Below are positions 1-7,515 of a stretch of 64,000 nucleotides of DNA, in pieces. Source of the DNA: a virus. The DNA is taken from the IMG/VR virus record IMGVR_UViG_3300038468_000170, positions 1-64,000 of that record; one strand, 5' to 3'. Each line of letters begins with the position of its first letter. Position 1 is the stretch's first letter. The notes under the pieces are model-generated. The model saw only the letters and a program-made list of their open reading frames with translations, was not told the DNA's origin and made no database searches. Position numbers and translations under genes: made by a program.

Positions 1-2
1 TC

Positions 3-791
3 CGTCTCTACCTCGCCAAGCTCGCGGAGGACGGCTTGAGCGTCTCGACCGTGAACCAGTTCCTCTCCGCCATCGGGGAGGCGCACGAGGCCGAGGGGCA
101 CCTCTCGCCGCGGTTCCACCCCGCCGTCCAGCAAGTCTGGCGCGGCATCCGTCGGACGAAGAAGGTCCGCGCCGTCGGGATGAAGCCGCTCCTCGCCGAG
201 CACATCAAGAAGATGCTCGCGGCAACGCCGGACATGTCAATGCTCAACGCCCGGGACCGCGCGATCGTCGCCTTCGGCTGGGCTTGCGCGATGCGGCGCC
301 ACGAGATCGTGGACACGCACGTCGAGCACGTCACCTTCCACGACAAGGGCTTCACGGTGCTCATCGAGCGCGCGAAGGAGGACCAGGAGGGCAACGGCTT
401 CGAGAAGATGGTGCTCTTCGGGAAAAACGAGGCGACCTGCCCGGTCCGCATCCTGAAGCGCTGGCTCGCCGTCTCGCGCATCACGACGGGTCCCATCTTC
501 CGACCGGTGAACCGCTGGGGCCGCGTCGTCCAGTACGGCGAGCAGGAGCGCCTCTGGCCGCAATACGTCGAGAAAGTCGTGAAGCGCCTGATGACGAACG
601 CGGGCATCGACCACAAGGGCTACGGCGCGCACTCGCTCCGCGCCGGGTTCATCACCCAGGCCGCGCTCAACGGACACACCGAGAGCGAAATCATGCGGCA
701 CTCGGGCCACTCGAACACCAAGATCGTGCAGCGGTACATCCGCATCGCGAACCTCGACAAGAAGAACGCCACGGAGGACATGGGCTTGTGA
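3..791 (+). CDS. Cre-like tyrosine recombinase, 5'-truncated by window edge
   Basis: Frame open from position 3; catalytic residues R (AMRRHEI), K (RAKEDQ), HSLRAGF, GH and Y (VQRY) of the Cre-like integrase family. Confidence 0.92.
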   Translation, partial: RLYLAKLAEDGLSVSTVNQFLSAIGEAHEAEGHLSPRFHPAVQQVWRGIRRTKKVRAVGMKPLLAEHIKKMLAATPDMSMLNARDRAIVAFGWACAMRRHEIVDTHVEHVTFHDKGFTVLIERAKEDQEGNGFEKMVLFGKNEATCPVRILKRWLAVSRITTGPIFRPVNRWGRVVQYGEQERLWPQYVEKVVKRLMTNAGIDHKGYGAHSLRAGFITQAALNGHTESEIMRHSGHSNTKIVQRYIRIANLDKKNATEDMGL

Positions 792-1384
792 CTGGATCAC
801 CCGCACTCGCAGGGCGGCTGGATCCGCGCCTCCTCGCGGTTCACAACGCCTGCGAGCTGTGGGACTACTCCCTCTCTGGGAAGTACGACAAGGACGGCGT
901 GCGCCTCGTCGCCGGGCACTACTCCAGGCGAAAACCGTCGTCTCCGCAGTTTATGCCGCCGGGAGAGACGATCGTGACCGTGGCGAAGACGCGAGATGCG
1001 GTCTGGGGGTGGTGGCGACCTCACCCGGACAGCGGCCTTGTTGCGATGAACGGGCGTGACGGTTGGACGTGCAGCGTGTTCGCGAACCACGGAGAGATCC
1101 TTTCAAGCGAGCTCGTATTGGACGCGGAGCGCGCTCTCGCGGCGCTTGATGCCGCGAAGCTTACGGCGGGGCCGTGCGGTCCGGACGGCATGCTGACCTA
1201 CGTGTGGCGCTCGAAGGTGAAAAGCCCGAACCCAGGCTACTGCTACAAGGTCGCTGGCTGGACGAAGATCGGAACGTGCGCGCGTGGGTCGAAAGACTTG
1301 CTCTGGAAACCGCTGGAACTCGCGGGCATTGCCGCCTGTGGGGCATTGCGGAACGACCGGCTCCGATCGGAGCCCAGAAGGTGA
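788..1384 (+). CDS. Phage protein, possibly Mom-like/GNAT-fold DNA modification enzyme
   Basis: GTG start overlaps recombinase stop; HYSRRK..SPQFMPPG, LSSELV and LTYV...NPGYCYKVAGW motifs resemble Mom-family C-terminal motifs. Confidence 0.45.
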   Translation: MTGSPALAGRLDPRLLAVHNACELWDYSLSGKYDKDGVRLVAGHYSRRKPSSPQFMPPGETIVTVAKTRDAVWGWWRPHPDSGLVAMNGRDGWTCSVFANHGEILSSELVLDAERALAALDAAKLTAGPCGPDGMLTYVWRSKVKSPNPGYCYKVAGWTKIGTCARGSKDLLWKPLELAGIAACGALRNDRLRSEPRR

Positions 1385-1401
1385 GCGGATCTACATGGCA
1401 C

Positions 1402-1462
1402 CCCTGAAGCATCCCCGAACCAGAAGCCGTGCTCAGCGGAGCACGAGAGAGGTGGTTTCTTG
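1402..1462 (+). repeat. Cassette-boundary element copy 1
   Basis: CCCTGAAGCA-N29-GCACGA-GAGAGGTG...TTG; start codon at +58. Confidence 0.85.
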
Positions 1463-1708
1463 AATCAGTCCAAACTACCCGAACAGGAGCGCACTGAGTT
1501 TGGCCTCGCGCTGAGTGCCTTCGTGCACAACAACAGGGCGCGCGCCGAGTCGCCGTCGGAAGTCGTTGGCTCACTCGTCGGAACTGCGGCAGCCGAGCAC
1601 ATCTATGCCGAACAGAGTCGAGAGGACTTCGTTCGCATCTGTGAGCATGCCTTCGATGAAACCAAAGACTTCTACGCGCGGCTCGTTGAAGCGGAGCATC
1701 GCCAGTGA
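1460..1708 (+). CDS. Hypothetical protein (cassette cargo)
   Basis: TTG start at +58 of element with GAGAGGTG RBS. Confidence 0.7.
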   Translation: MNQSKLPEQERTEFGLALSAFVHNNRARAESPSEVVGSLVGTAAAEHIYAEQSREDFVRICEHAFDETKDFYARLVEAEHRQ

Positions 1709-1965
1709 AACGGGGTTGCCGCCGTGTCCGTGAAATCCTGGCTCTCTGGGGCGAGCCGAGAACCATGGCGCGCGTCCAGGGAACTGTAGAGGAGTGCTTC
1801 CCGACTCGACACGGGTACAACGTCTGGATCGATCGCGAGGGGCGTCACGTAGCCGTTCGCTTCGCGCGGGACGTGGGATCGATCATCGAGGGCATCGCGT
1901 CGACGTGGACGGAAGCGATCCTCGCCGTCTGTGAGGCCAGGGCCACCCCCAGGAGTCGACCGTGA
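1705..1965 (+). CDS. Hypothetical protein
   Basis: GTGA overlap with upstream gene. Confidence 0.55.
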   Translation: MKRGCRRVREILALWGEPRTMARVQGTVEECFPTRHGYNVWIDREGRHVAVRFARDVGSIIEGIASTWTEAILAVCEARATPRSRP

Positions 1966-2114
1966 AGTGTTCGGCTACCGAAGACGGCCGACACCGATGG
2001 GAAACCGTGTGGCGGGTCGGTCCCGAGGTTAAGGAACGTTGTATTCGGTGCGATGAGGCGCGCATCCGGCGCTCCTCGGTGAGCGCGACCGAAAAGACTG
2101 CGGGGAAACCGTGA
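1962..2114 (+). CDS. Small hypothetical protein (50 aa, CxxC), not in ORF track
   Basis: AGGAG RBS, GTG start; MKCSATEDGRHRWETVWRVGPEVKERCIRCDEARIRRSSVSATEKTAGKP ends at the TGA inside element copy 2. Confidence 0.6.
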   Translation: MKCSATEDGRHRWETVWRVGPEVKERCIRCDEARIRRSSVSATEKTAGKP

Positions 2115-2169
2115 AGCATCAGAAGGCGGCTGTCCGCGTGGAACGGAGACAGGAAGAGGTGATTCTTTG
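2109..2169 (+). repeat. Cassette-boundary element copy 2
   Basis: CCGTGAAGCA...GAAGAGGTG...TTG at +58. Confidence 0.85.
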
Positions 2170-2379
2170 ACCAAGTTTATCATCGAGTATTGGCCCGAAG
2201 GTGCAACCGGCACGAGCGTTAAGCGCGACGGTACGATGTGGATCGTTGAGGCCGAGGACGCAACCGATGCGGTTCGGGTCGCGTTGCTGTCTGGCCTTCC
2301 CGTGGGTGCCAGGATCGAAAAAGCGTGGGCGCTCGCGAACAAGGTGAACGAACCAAAAGAGATGAGCTCCGCACCGTGA
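2167..2379 (+). CDS. Hypothetical protein (cassette cargo)
   Basis: Starts at +58 of copy 2, stops inside copy 3. Confidence 0.75.
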   Translation: MTKFIIEYWPEGATGTSVKRDGTMWIVEAEDATDAVRVALLSGLPVGARIEKAWALANKVNEPKEMSSAP

Positions 2380-2434
2380 AGCAATCCCGAATCAGAAACC
2401 GTGCGGACCGGAGCACGAGAGAGGCGGTCTCTTG
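2374..2434 (+). repeat. Cassette-boundary element copy 3
   Basis: CCGTGAAGCA-N29-GCACGAGAGAGGCG...TTG at +58. Confidence 0.9.
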
Positions 2435-2590
2435 AACCAGCCATCGAACGGTTTGGTCGTCACACGGCACGTAAGCGAAGCGCGCGACTACGAGCTACTC
2501 GATGAGCTAGAGGCGCTAGCAGGAAGCTCTTGGTGGGATATGCTCACCAACAGTCTCGGGATTCGCGAAAAACCTGCGGTGCAGCCGTGA
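2432..2590 (+). CDS. Small hypothetical protein (52 aa), not in ORF track
   Basis: MNQPSNGLVVTRHVSEARDYELLDELEALAGSSWWDMLTNSLGIREKPAVQP; starts at +58 of copy 3, stops inside copy 4. Confidence 0.65.
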   Translation: MNQPSNGLVVTRHVSEARDYELLDELEALAGSSWWDMLTNSLGIREKPAVQP

Positions 2591-2645
2591 AGCAATCGAA
2601 CGACCCCGACACGAAGGAACCCGTCACGGCGGAGGCGAGTCCCCC
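2585..2645 (+). repeat. Cassette-boundary element copy 4
   Basis: CCGTGA...TCACGG perfect inverted ends 39 nt apart, then GGAGGCG. Confidence 0.85.
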
Positions 2646-2838
2646 ACCTAGACAGCTTCGACACGACACCGGTCCTTACGGCGGACGCCCATGTTCGCGG
2701 TGTGGGCTCGTCTACTCGCCGAAGGTGGCCTATGTGCCGTGTTTCGTGGAGGGAGACACGCTCGTGACCTGGCTCGCGCGACAGTCCGACGAAGTGGTAG
2801 CGCTGACAGGTCTCCGGCGCCGCGAAAGGACCCCATGA
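2587..2838 (+). CDS. Hypothetical protein (CxxC) whose N-terminus is encoded by the element
   Basis: GTG within CCGTGA; N-terminus MKQSNDPDTKEPVTAEASPPP resembles those at 4634 and 5261. Confidence 0.55.
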   Translation: MKQSNDPDTKEPVTAEASPPPRQLRHDTGPYGGRPCSRCGLVYSPKVAYVPCFVEGDTLVTWLARQSDEVVALTGLRRRERTP

Positions 2839-3239
2839 GCCACGTGAAGCGTCAGAAAACCGCTATTCGCGCGAAGCGGGTCACGCGAATGCCAGGCCCT
2901 CCACCTAGGAAGACTGCCGCGTACCGTCTCTCGCCTGGAACGTATAAGTACCAAAAATGCCTCCCCGCGGAAGAGGATGTGCGGCGTCGCCCTGAAGTCG
3001 AGCGCGGGCGGGCCAAGTCTGGCTCGACCCATTTGAAGCGTGCACGTTGCGTTGTTTGCCGGCGGCCGAACGACACGACGTTCGGGGAGACGCTCCGTGC
3101 GTATTGGGGATTCTGTCGTGCATGCGCCCGCAGTTACGACCGGGCTCGCGACAAGGACGCTACGACGTTGGCGCTCATCTCCTGGGCAGCGAACCGTGCT
3201 TGGGTGAGCGCGCAGAAAAAGACCAAGGTGCAACCGTGA
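2835..3239 (+). CDS. Basic hypothetical protein with CxxC...CxxC
   Basis: ATGA overlap, AAGGA RBS; ends KTKVQP inside copy 5. Confidence 0.6.
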   Translation: MSHVKRQKTAIRAKRVTRMPGPPPRKTAAYRLSPGTYKYQKCLPAEEDVRRRPEVERGRAKSGSTHLKRARCVVCRRPNDTTFGETLRAYWGFCRACARSYDRARDKDATTLALISWAANRAWVSAQKKTKVQP

Positions 3240-3295
3240 AGCAGTGAGTAACGGCTGTCTGGACGGAGCGGGTCACGTAAGGAGGCAATCTCGTG
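3234..3295 (+). repeat. Cassette-boundary element copy 5
   Basis: CCGTGAAGCA-N29-TCACGT-AAGGAGGC...GTG at +59. Confidence 0.85.
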
Positions 3296-4162
3296 AGCTA
3301 CATGCACATCAACAATCTGTACAAGGACCAGCGCGTGCTCGCCTTCCGGGAGTGCTACGCGCTGGAGAAAATCCACGGGACGAGCGCACACGTGCGGTGG
3401 TCCGGCTCGCAGCTTCACTTCTTTTCCGGCGGAGAGAAGCACGAGCGGTTCTGCACGCTGTTCGACGCCGCGAAGCTAAGCGAGGCGTTCCTCGCAATCG
3501 GCCACGATCCCGTCGTCGTCTACGGCGAGGCGTACGGAGGCAAACAGCAGGGGCAATCTCACCGATACGGCAAGGAGTTGCGGTTCGTGGCGTTCGAGGT
3601 GCAGGTGGGAGACTCCTGGCTCGATGTACCGAACGCCGCTGACTTCGTCTCGAAACTCGGTTTGGAGTTCGTCCATTTTGTGAAAGTCCCGACGGACCTA
3701 GCTGCGCTCGATGCGGAGCGGGACGCACCTTCAGAGCAGGCCCGCCGCAACGGCGTGGAAGGCGACCATCCGCGCGAGGGAGTGGTGCTACGCCCGATCT
3801 TCGAGGTGCGAACGAACAACGGCGATCGCATCATCGCGAAGCACAAGCGCGACGATGAGCGAGAAACCAAGACGCCGCGTCAGGTCGTGGATCCGTCAAA
3901 ACTCCAGGTGCTCCAAGCGGCCGAGGCAATCGCCGAGGAGTGGGTCACTCCGACGCGGCTCGCTCACGTCCTGGACAAGCTCGGAGATGTGAGCATCGAA
4001 CAGACCCGCGACGTCATCGCGGCCATGACGGAGGACGTGCTCCGCGAAGGTGCCGGGGAGCTGACCGATAGCCGCGAGGCGCGCGCCGCCATCGGGAAGA
4101 AAACCGCCGGACTGTTCAAGGCGCGGCTCCGGGCGGCGCTAGGTGAGCAGAGGGCGAAGTAA
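3293..4162 (+). CDS. RNA ligase (Rnl2-like nucleotidyltransferase)
   Basis: Motif I EKIHGT, motif III YGEAYG, IIIa FVAFEV, IV REGVVLRP, V IAKHK. Confidence 0.85.
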   Translation: MSYMHINNLYKDQRVLAFRECYALEKIHGTSAHVRWSGSQLHFFSGGEKHERFCTLFDAAKLSEAFLAIGHDPVVVYGEAYGGKQQGQSHRYGKELRFVAFEVQVGDSWLDVPNAADFVSKLGLEFVHFVKVPTDLAALDAERDAPSEQARRNGVEGDHPREGVVLRPIFEVRTNNGDRIIAKHKRDDERETKTPRQVVDPSKLQVLQAAEAIAEEWVTPTRLAHVLDKLGDVSIEQTRDVIAAMTEDVLREGAGELTDSREARAAIGKKTAGLFKARLRAALGEQRAK

Positions 4163-4173
4163 CCGCGTGGCAA

Positions 4174-4234
4174 CCGTGAAGCATCCCCGAGACACTGTCC
4201 GTACGGAGCGGAGCTAGAAAGAGGTGATTCGTTG
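4174..4234 (+). repeat. Cassette-boundary element copy 6
   Basis: CCGTGAAGCATCCCCGA...AAAGAGGTG...TTG at +58. Confidence 0.9.
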
Positions 4235-4624
4235 ACCAAGGGTTTCTGGTCCCGATTGCTGGACCACTTCCGGCCAGCACAGCGCGTTCCTGCTCCGCCG
4301 CGCATTGGTCGTGTGGTCATACATTCGATCCGATGTGTCGGGTGTGGGAAGCCGCTTGAACACGGGCAGCTTGTCGTGACGGTAGACGGAGAGCTATCGA
4401 CTGGAGAACCGTTTCCCTTCACAGGCCATGCGACGTGCATGGTGCTTGTGCGCAAGTCAGACGGGACAGTCGAGGGCACGCCGCACAAGCACAGCATCTT
4501 GCTCACTGAATCTGAGTGGGAGCGCTGGAAGGCAACCGAGGCTCGTGGCGAGTCACCTGGCGGAGAGGTTCGGGTCATCGGCGTAAACGAGCACGCGCTT
4601 CCTCGATTGGTGAGCGGGCGTTGA
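4232..4624 (+). CDS. Hypothetical protein (CxxC...HxxC)
   Basis: TTG at +58 of copy 6. Confidence 0.65.
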   Translation: MTKGFWSRLLDHFRPAQRVPAPPRIGRVVIHSIRCVGCGKPLEHGQLVVTVDGELSTGEPFPFTGHATCMVLVRKSDGTVEGTPHKHSILLTESEWERWKATEARGESPGGEVRVIGVNEHALPRLVSGR

Positions 4625-4633
4625 AAGGACCAA

Positions 4634-4942
4634 ATGAACCCTGTGAAGCAGCACGACACCGCTACTCCCGCGGAACCTATCACGGCGGAAGCTATTCCTC
4701 TACCTAGCCACGAACGCGAGACTGATCGAGCGGAGCGAATCGCGAAAGAGTCTGGCGTCGAGAAATCCGTAGCTCTGGACATCGGCTACTTGCGTGATCT
4801 GGAAGCTCGAATCGTGGATGCCGCCCACCGCCATCCGGAGCTGCGGGACTTTCCAGTGTTCAATGCGTTGCTGGAGACGTTCCTCGATGCCCTGGAGAAT
4901 CAAGGTGGCGCAGAGCCACAGAAGACGGAGCCCGCACCGTGA
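4634..4942 (+). CDS. Hypothetical protein
   Basis: AAGGA RBS; N-terminus runs through element copy 7; stop inside copy 8. Confidence 0.65.
   Translation: MNPVKQHDTATPAEPITAEAIPLPSHERETDRAERIAKESGVEKSVALDIGYLRDLEARIVDAAHRHPELRDFPVFNALLETFLDALENQGGAEPQKTEPAP
4641..4701 (+). repeat. Cassette-boundary element copy 7 (degenerate)
   Basis: CTGTGAAGCA-N29-TCACGG. Confidence 0.7.
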
Positions 4943-4997
4943 AGCATCCCCGAATCAGAAGCCGTGCAGACCGGAGCACGAGAGAGGTGAGTCGTTG
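4937..4997 (+). repeat. Cassette-boundary element copy 8
   Basis: Near-identical to copies 1 and 3; TTG at +58. Confidence 0.9.
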
Positions 4998-5264
4998 ACC
5001 TACGATGAAGCGGTCGGTCTGGCGATCTACACGAACCGCAAGATCCGCGGCGTCTCGCAGCCGGAGCTTGCCGAAGCTCTCGGGCTTACCGCCTCTGCGG
5101 TCTCGCGCCTGGAAGGCGGAGTCACGAAGGTGACGGTCGTGCATCTTCGCAAGATTTCCAGAAAACTAGCGGTGGCATCGTCGGTCATCGTTGAGGATGC
5201 CGAGAGATACTTCGGCAGAGCCGAAGGTGGCGCCATCAAAAGAAAGACAGCGGTGCAGCCGTGA
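4995..5264 (+). CDS. XRE/Cro-like HTH DNA-binding protein
   Basis: RKIRGVSQPELAEALGLTASAVSRLEGG; true start likely the TTG at +58 of copy 8. Confidence 0.85.
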   Translation: MTYDEAVGLAIYTNRKIRGVSQPELAEALGLTASAVSRLEGGVTKVTVVHLRKISRKLAVASSVIVEDAERYFGRAEGGAIKRKTAVQP

Positions 5265-5319
5265 AGCATCCCCGAGCCGCAGTCCGTGTGCAGCCCGTCA
5301 CCGAGGAGGCGAGTCCTCC
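5259..5319 (+). repeat. Cassette-boundary element copy 9
   Basis: CCGTGAAGCATCCCCGA-...-TCACCG-AGGAGGCG. Confidence 0.85.
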
Positions 5320-5503
5320 ACGTAACGAATTGATGCTCGCTGTGCAGCGGAAGGACCTTGAAGAGCTTCGGAGGAAGCATGGGCAGGACTGCGAAAAGCT
5401 GGACGCACACGTGCGATACCGCCTTGGACATCCGAGCGATTGGTGCTCGTGCGGAGCCGACAACCACAACGCGCGGCTCGACAGGATTCTAGGTGGCGCG
5501 TGA
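5261..5503 (+). CDS. Hypothetical protein
   Basis: Starts within copy 9; H..C...WCSCG. Confidence 0.55.
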   Translation: MKHPRAAVRVQPVTEEASPPRNELMLAVQRKDLEELRRKHGQDCEKLDAHVRYRLGHPSDWCSCGADNHNARLDRILGGA

Positions 5504-5518
5504 CGCGCCCGAAAAATC

Positions 5519-5734
5519 ATGAAAATCCACCACTCGACCGGCTACGTCCACATCGATCTCTCGGCGGCCGAAGCACGTGTGCTTCTCGAGGAGCTCTCGA
5601 ATGTCCGCGGTGGGGCGCGCCTGCCGAAGCTCCGGCAGGTGTGCAAGGGGCTCGAGGCGCTGCTCGTGCTTACGGAAGTGCCTCCGGTGAAGCGTGGACG
5701 GCCGCCAAAGACGAACGGGAGCGGACTCAACTAG
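5519..5734 (+). CDS. Hypothetical protein with AT-hook-like KRGRPPK
   Basis: ORF; KRGRP motif. Confidence 0.55.
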   Translation: MKIHHSTGYVHIDLSAAEARVLLEELSNVRGGARLPKLRQVCKGLEALLVLTEVPPVKRGRPPKTNGSGLN

Positions 5735-5735
5735 A

Positions 5736-5957
5736 ATGTCGCACGAAAACGGCAGGGGTGCTCGCTTGCGGGATGAGGCGCAGCGGGCGTGCGACGAGAT
5801 TTTCGACCATAATCCTAGGGAGGAAGCGCGCGTCGTCGTCGTACTAATCGGAGAAGGAACCGACATGGGCCTCTATTCCGTTGGCGGCAGAAAGGTCGAT
5901 CGGAAGGGGATCCTTCGAGCGCTCAAAAAGACGCTGGCACATCTGGAAGGGAACTAG
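5736..5957 (+). CDS. Hypothetical protein
   Basis: Tight gene packing, ATG at 5736. Confidence 0.5.
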   Translation: MSHENGRGARLRDEAQRACDEIFDHNPREEARVVVVLIGEGTDMGLYSVGGRKVDRKGILRALKKTLAHLEGN

Positions 5958-5959
5958 TC

Positions 5960-6682
5960 ATGCGCAGCACGTTCATCTTGGCTCTGATGTTGGTCGGTTG
6001 CAGTGGGCAGCCGTTCACTGCTTCGATGATTGGCTCCGTGTCCGACGGCGGCGATCAGGTCGAGACCGATGGCTCGGGCGGATCTGCTTCGACAGAGACG
6101 GGCGGTGCTGCTGAGAGTGGCGGGCGCGCCGGCACCGGCGGACACGTTGGCGTCGGCTCGGGCGGCCATTTCGAGACCGGTGGGAGCTCGTCGACTGGAG
6201 GGCGAAGCACTACCGGAGGATCAACGTCGACCGGAGGCGTGAACAGTTCATCAGGCGGCTCAAGTGGCGCGACTGGATCCACGGGAGGTTCGTTTGCTAC
6301 AGGCGGCGCCTCGAGCTCGACCGGTGGCACCCCGAGTGATGCATGCGTGCTTGTTACGCACGACAACGGTATCGGACAGACGTGGCAGGACTGCGTGCCA
6401 CTCGACACCTACAACGCGACGCAGGCAACCGCAGCGTGCGAAGCGTACAAGGCGGCTCACGTGGCATCGTGTTCTAGTGCGCGATGCGTGCTCGCCCTCG
6501 GTTCGTGTATCAGCATCGGCAGTAACAGTGTCGAATACACTGCTGACTGCGGAGGCGGCGCCATTCTCTGGACCTACGCGCCAGGAACAGCAAACCCGAC
6601 CGGGGGCGGCCATGTCGTGAACATAACTACCGCCAGTAGTCCCGATGGCTGTCCGACGTCACAAGATCCGTCATGGGATTGA
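5960..6682 (+). CDS. Lipoprotein with Gly/Ser/Thr linker and Cys-rich C-terminal domain
   Basis: Lipobox MRSTFILALMLVG-C; GGST-rich linker typical of myxobacterial lipoproteins. Confidence 0.8.
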   Translation: MRSTFILALMLVGCSGQPFTASMIGSVSDGGDQVETDGSGGSASTETGGAAESGGRAGTGGHVGVGSGGHFETGGSSSTGGRSTTGGSTSTGGVNSSSGGSSGATGSTGGSFATGGASSSTGGTPSDACVLVTHDNGIGQTWQDCVPLDTYNATQATAACEAYKAAHVASCSSARCVLALGSCISIGSNSVEYTADCGGGAILWTYAPGTANPTGGGHVVNITTASSPDGCPTSQDPSWD

Positions 6683-6694
6683 GGAGGTGCAAAA

Positions 6695-6907
6695 ATGGCC
6701 CGCGCAAGAATCACGGAGATGAAAGAGGGACGAGTCATCTTCGCGAAAATCTCGCCTCCCATGAACGGAAGCGACCTCGTGCTTGAGGTGCACCAATACG
6801 AACGTGAGAGGCCGCTCATCCGACAGGTGCTATTCCTCGTCATCTCGAGGGAAGAGTTCTCGGCACTCGCGAAGGACATGCGCGAGTTCGAGACGGAAAT
6901 ACAGTAG
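6695..6907 (+). CDS. Hypothetical protein
   Basis: GGAGGT RBS. Confidence 0.65.
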   Translation: MARARITEMKEGRVIFAKISPPMNGSDLVLEVHQYERERPLIRQVLFLVISREEFSALAKDMREFETEIQ

Positions 6908-7215
6908 GGCGGTGCATGACGCGGTCAGGCGGCATCGAGGAAAGATGAGACCACGCCCCGTGAAGGTTTATGACATTTCTCCGCGCGTGTTTGAAAAGAG
7001 GTTCGCTGATTTGATTCGCGGCTTGTCGTTTCTGTCTGGAGTGCCGATGCCGCGTTACGGAGGACGGTTTGGTCATTGGGGCAATCGTTCTCCAGATCCG
7101 TGGGCGTCATTGCGTCGATCTGCTCGAATATTTTGCAATCAAGACGAGGTTCATGCTCACGGGCCACCGAAAAATCAGTCCAACTGAACGCCTAGCCTCG
7201 TGGTAGCCTCGCGGC

Positions 7216-7515
7216 ATGCGACCCCTACTCAGTGCCATCTCCCTGGTTCTTCTCGTCTCGTGCACGGTCACTTCCGGAGGCTCGTGCCAAAATCCGGTGC
7301 ATGACGCCTGCTCCGCGAAGGCGCAGGAGGTCTCCGGCGCGCTCGCGAAGATCGCGACCGAGCAGCACCAGACTACCGAGGAGATGACGAACGAATTCCT
7401 TGGTGCCTGTGAGGGGCAGCTCCAAGCCGATCTCGATCAGATACTCCCTGCGCTCGAAACCATCGTGGATGCCGGCGTCCAGACGGATGCAGGCGGGAAG
7501 GACGGTTCGCCGTGA
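7216..7515 (+). CDS. Lipoprotein
   Basis: Signal peptide with LLVS-C lipobox. Confidence 0.7.
   Translation: MRPLLSAISLVLLVSCTVTSGGSCQNPVHDACSAKAQEVSGALAKIATEQHQTTEEMTNEFLGACEGQLQADLDQILPALETIVDAGVQTDAGGKDGSP

Noticed and set aside
1396-4183. Sigma54 promoters (GG-N10-GC) overlapping the element
   Set aside because: Only copies 1, 2 and 6 have the GG, and AAGC replaces TTGC; kept only as a weak alternative.
1402-5319. CRISPR array interpretation of the repeats
   Set aside because: Spacers are 150-880 bp, contain whole genes, and the repeats are degenerate; no cas genes.
1402-5319. Classical integron attC sites / IntI
   Set aside because: No RYYYAAC...GTTRRRY ends and no consistent long hairpin; the recombinase is Cre-like and co-oriented, and no IntI-specific insertion was recognised.
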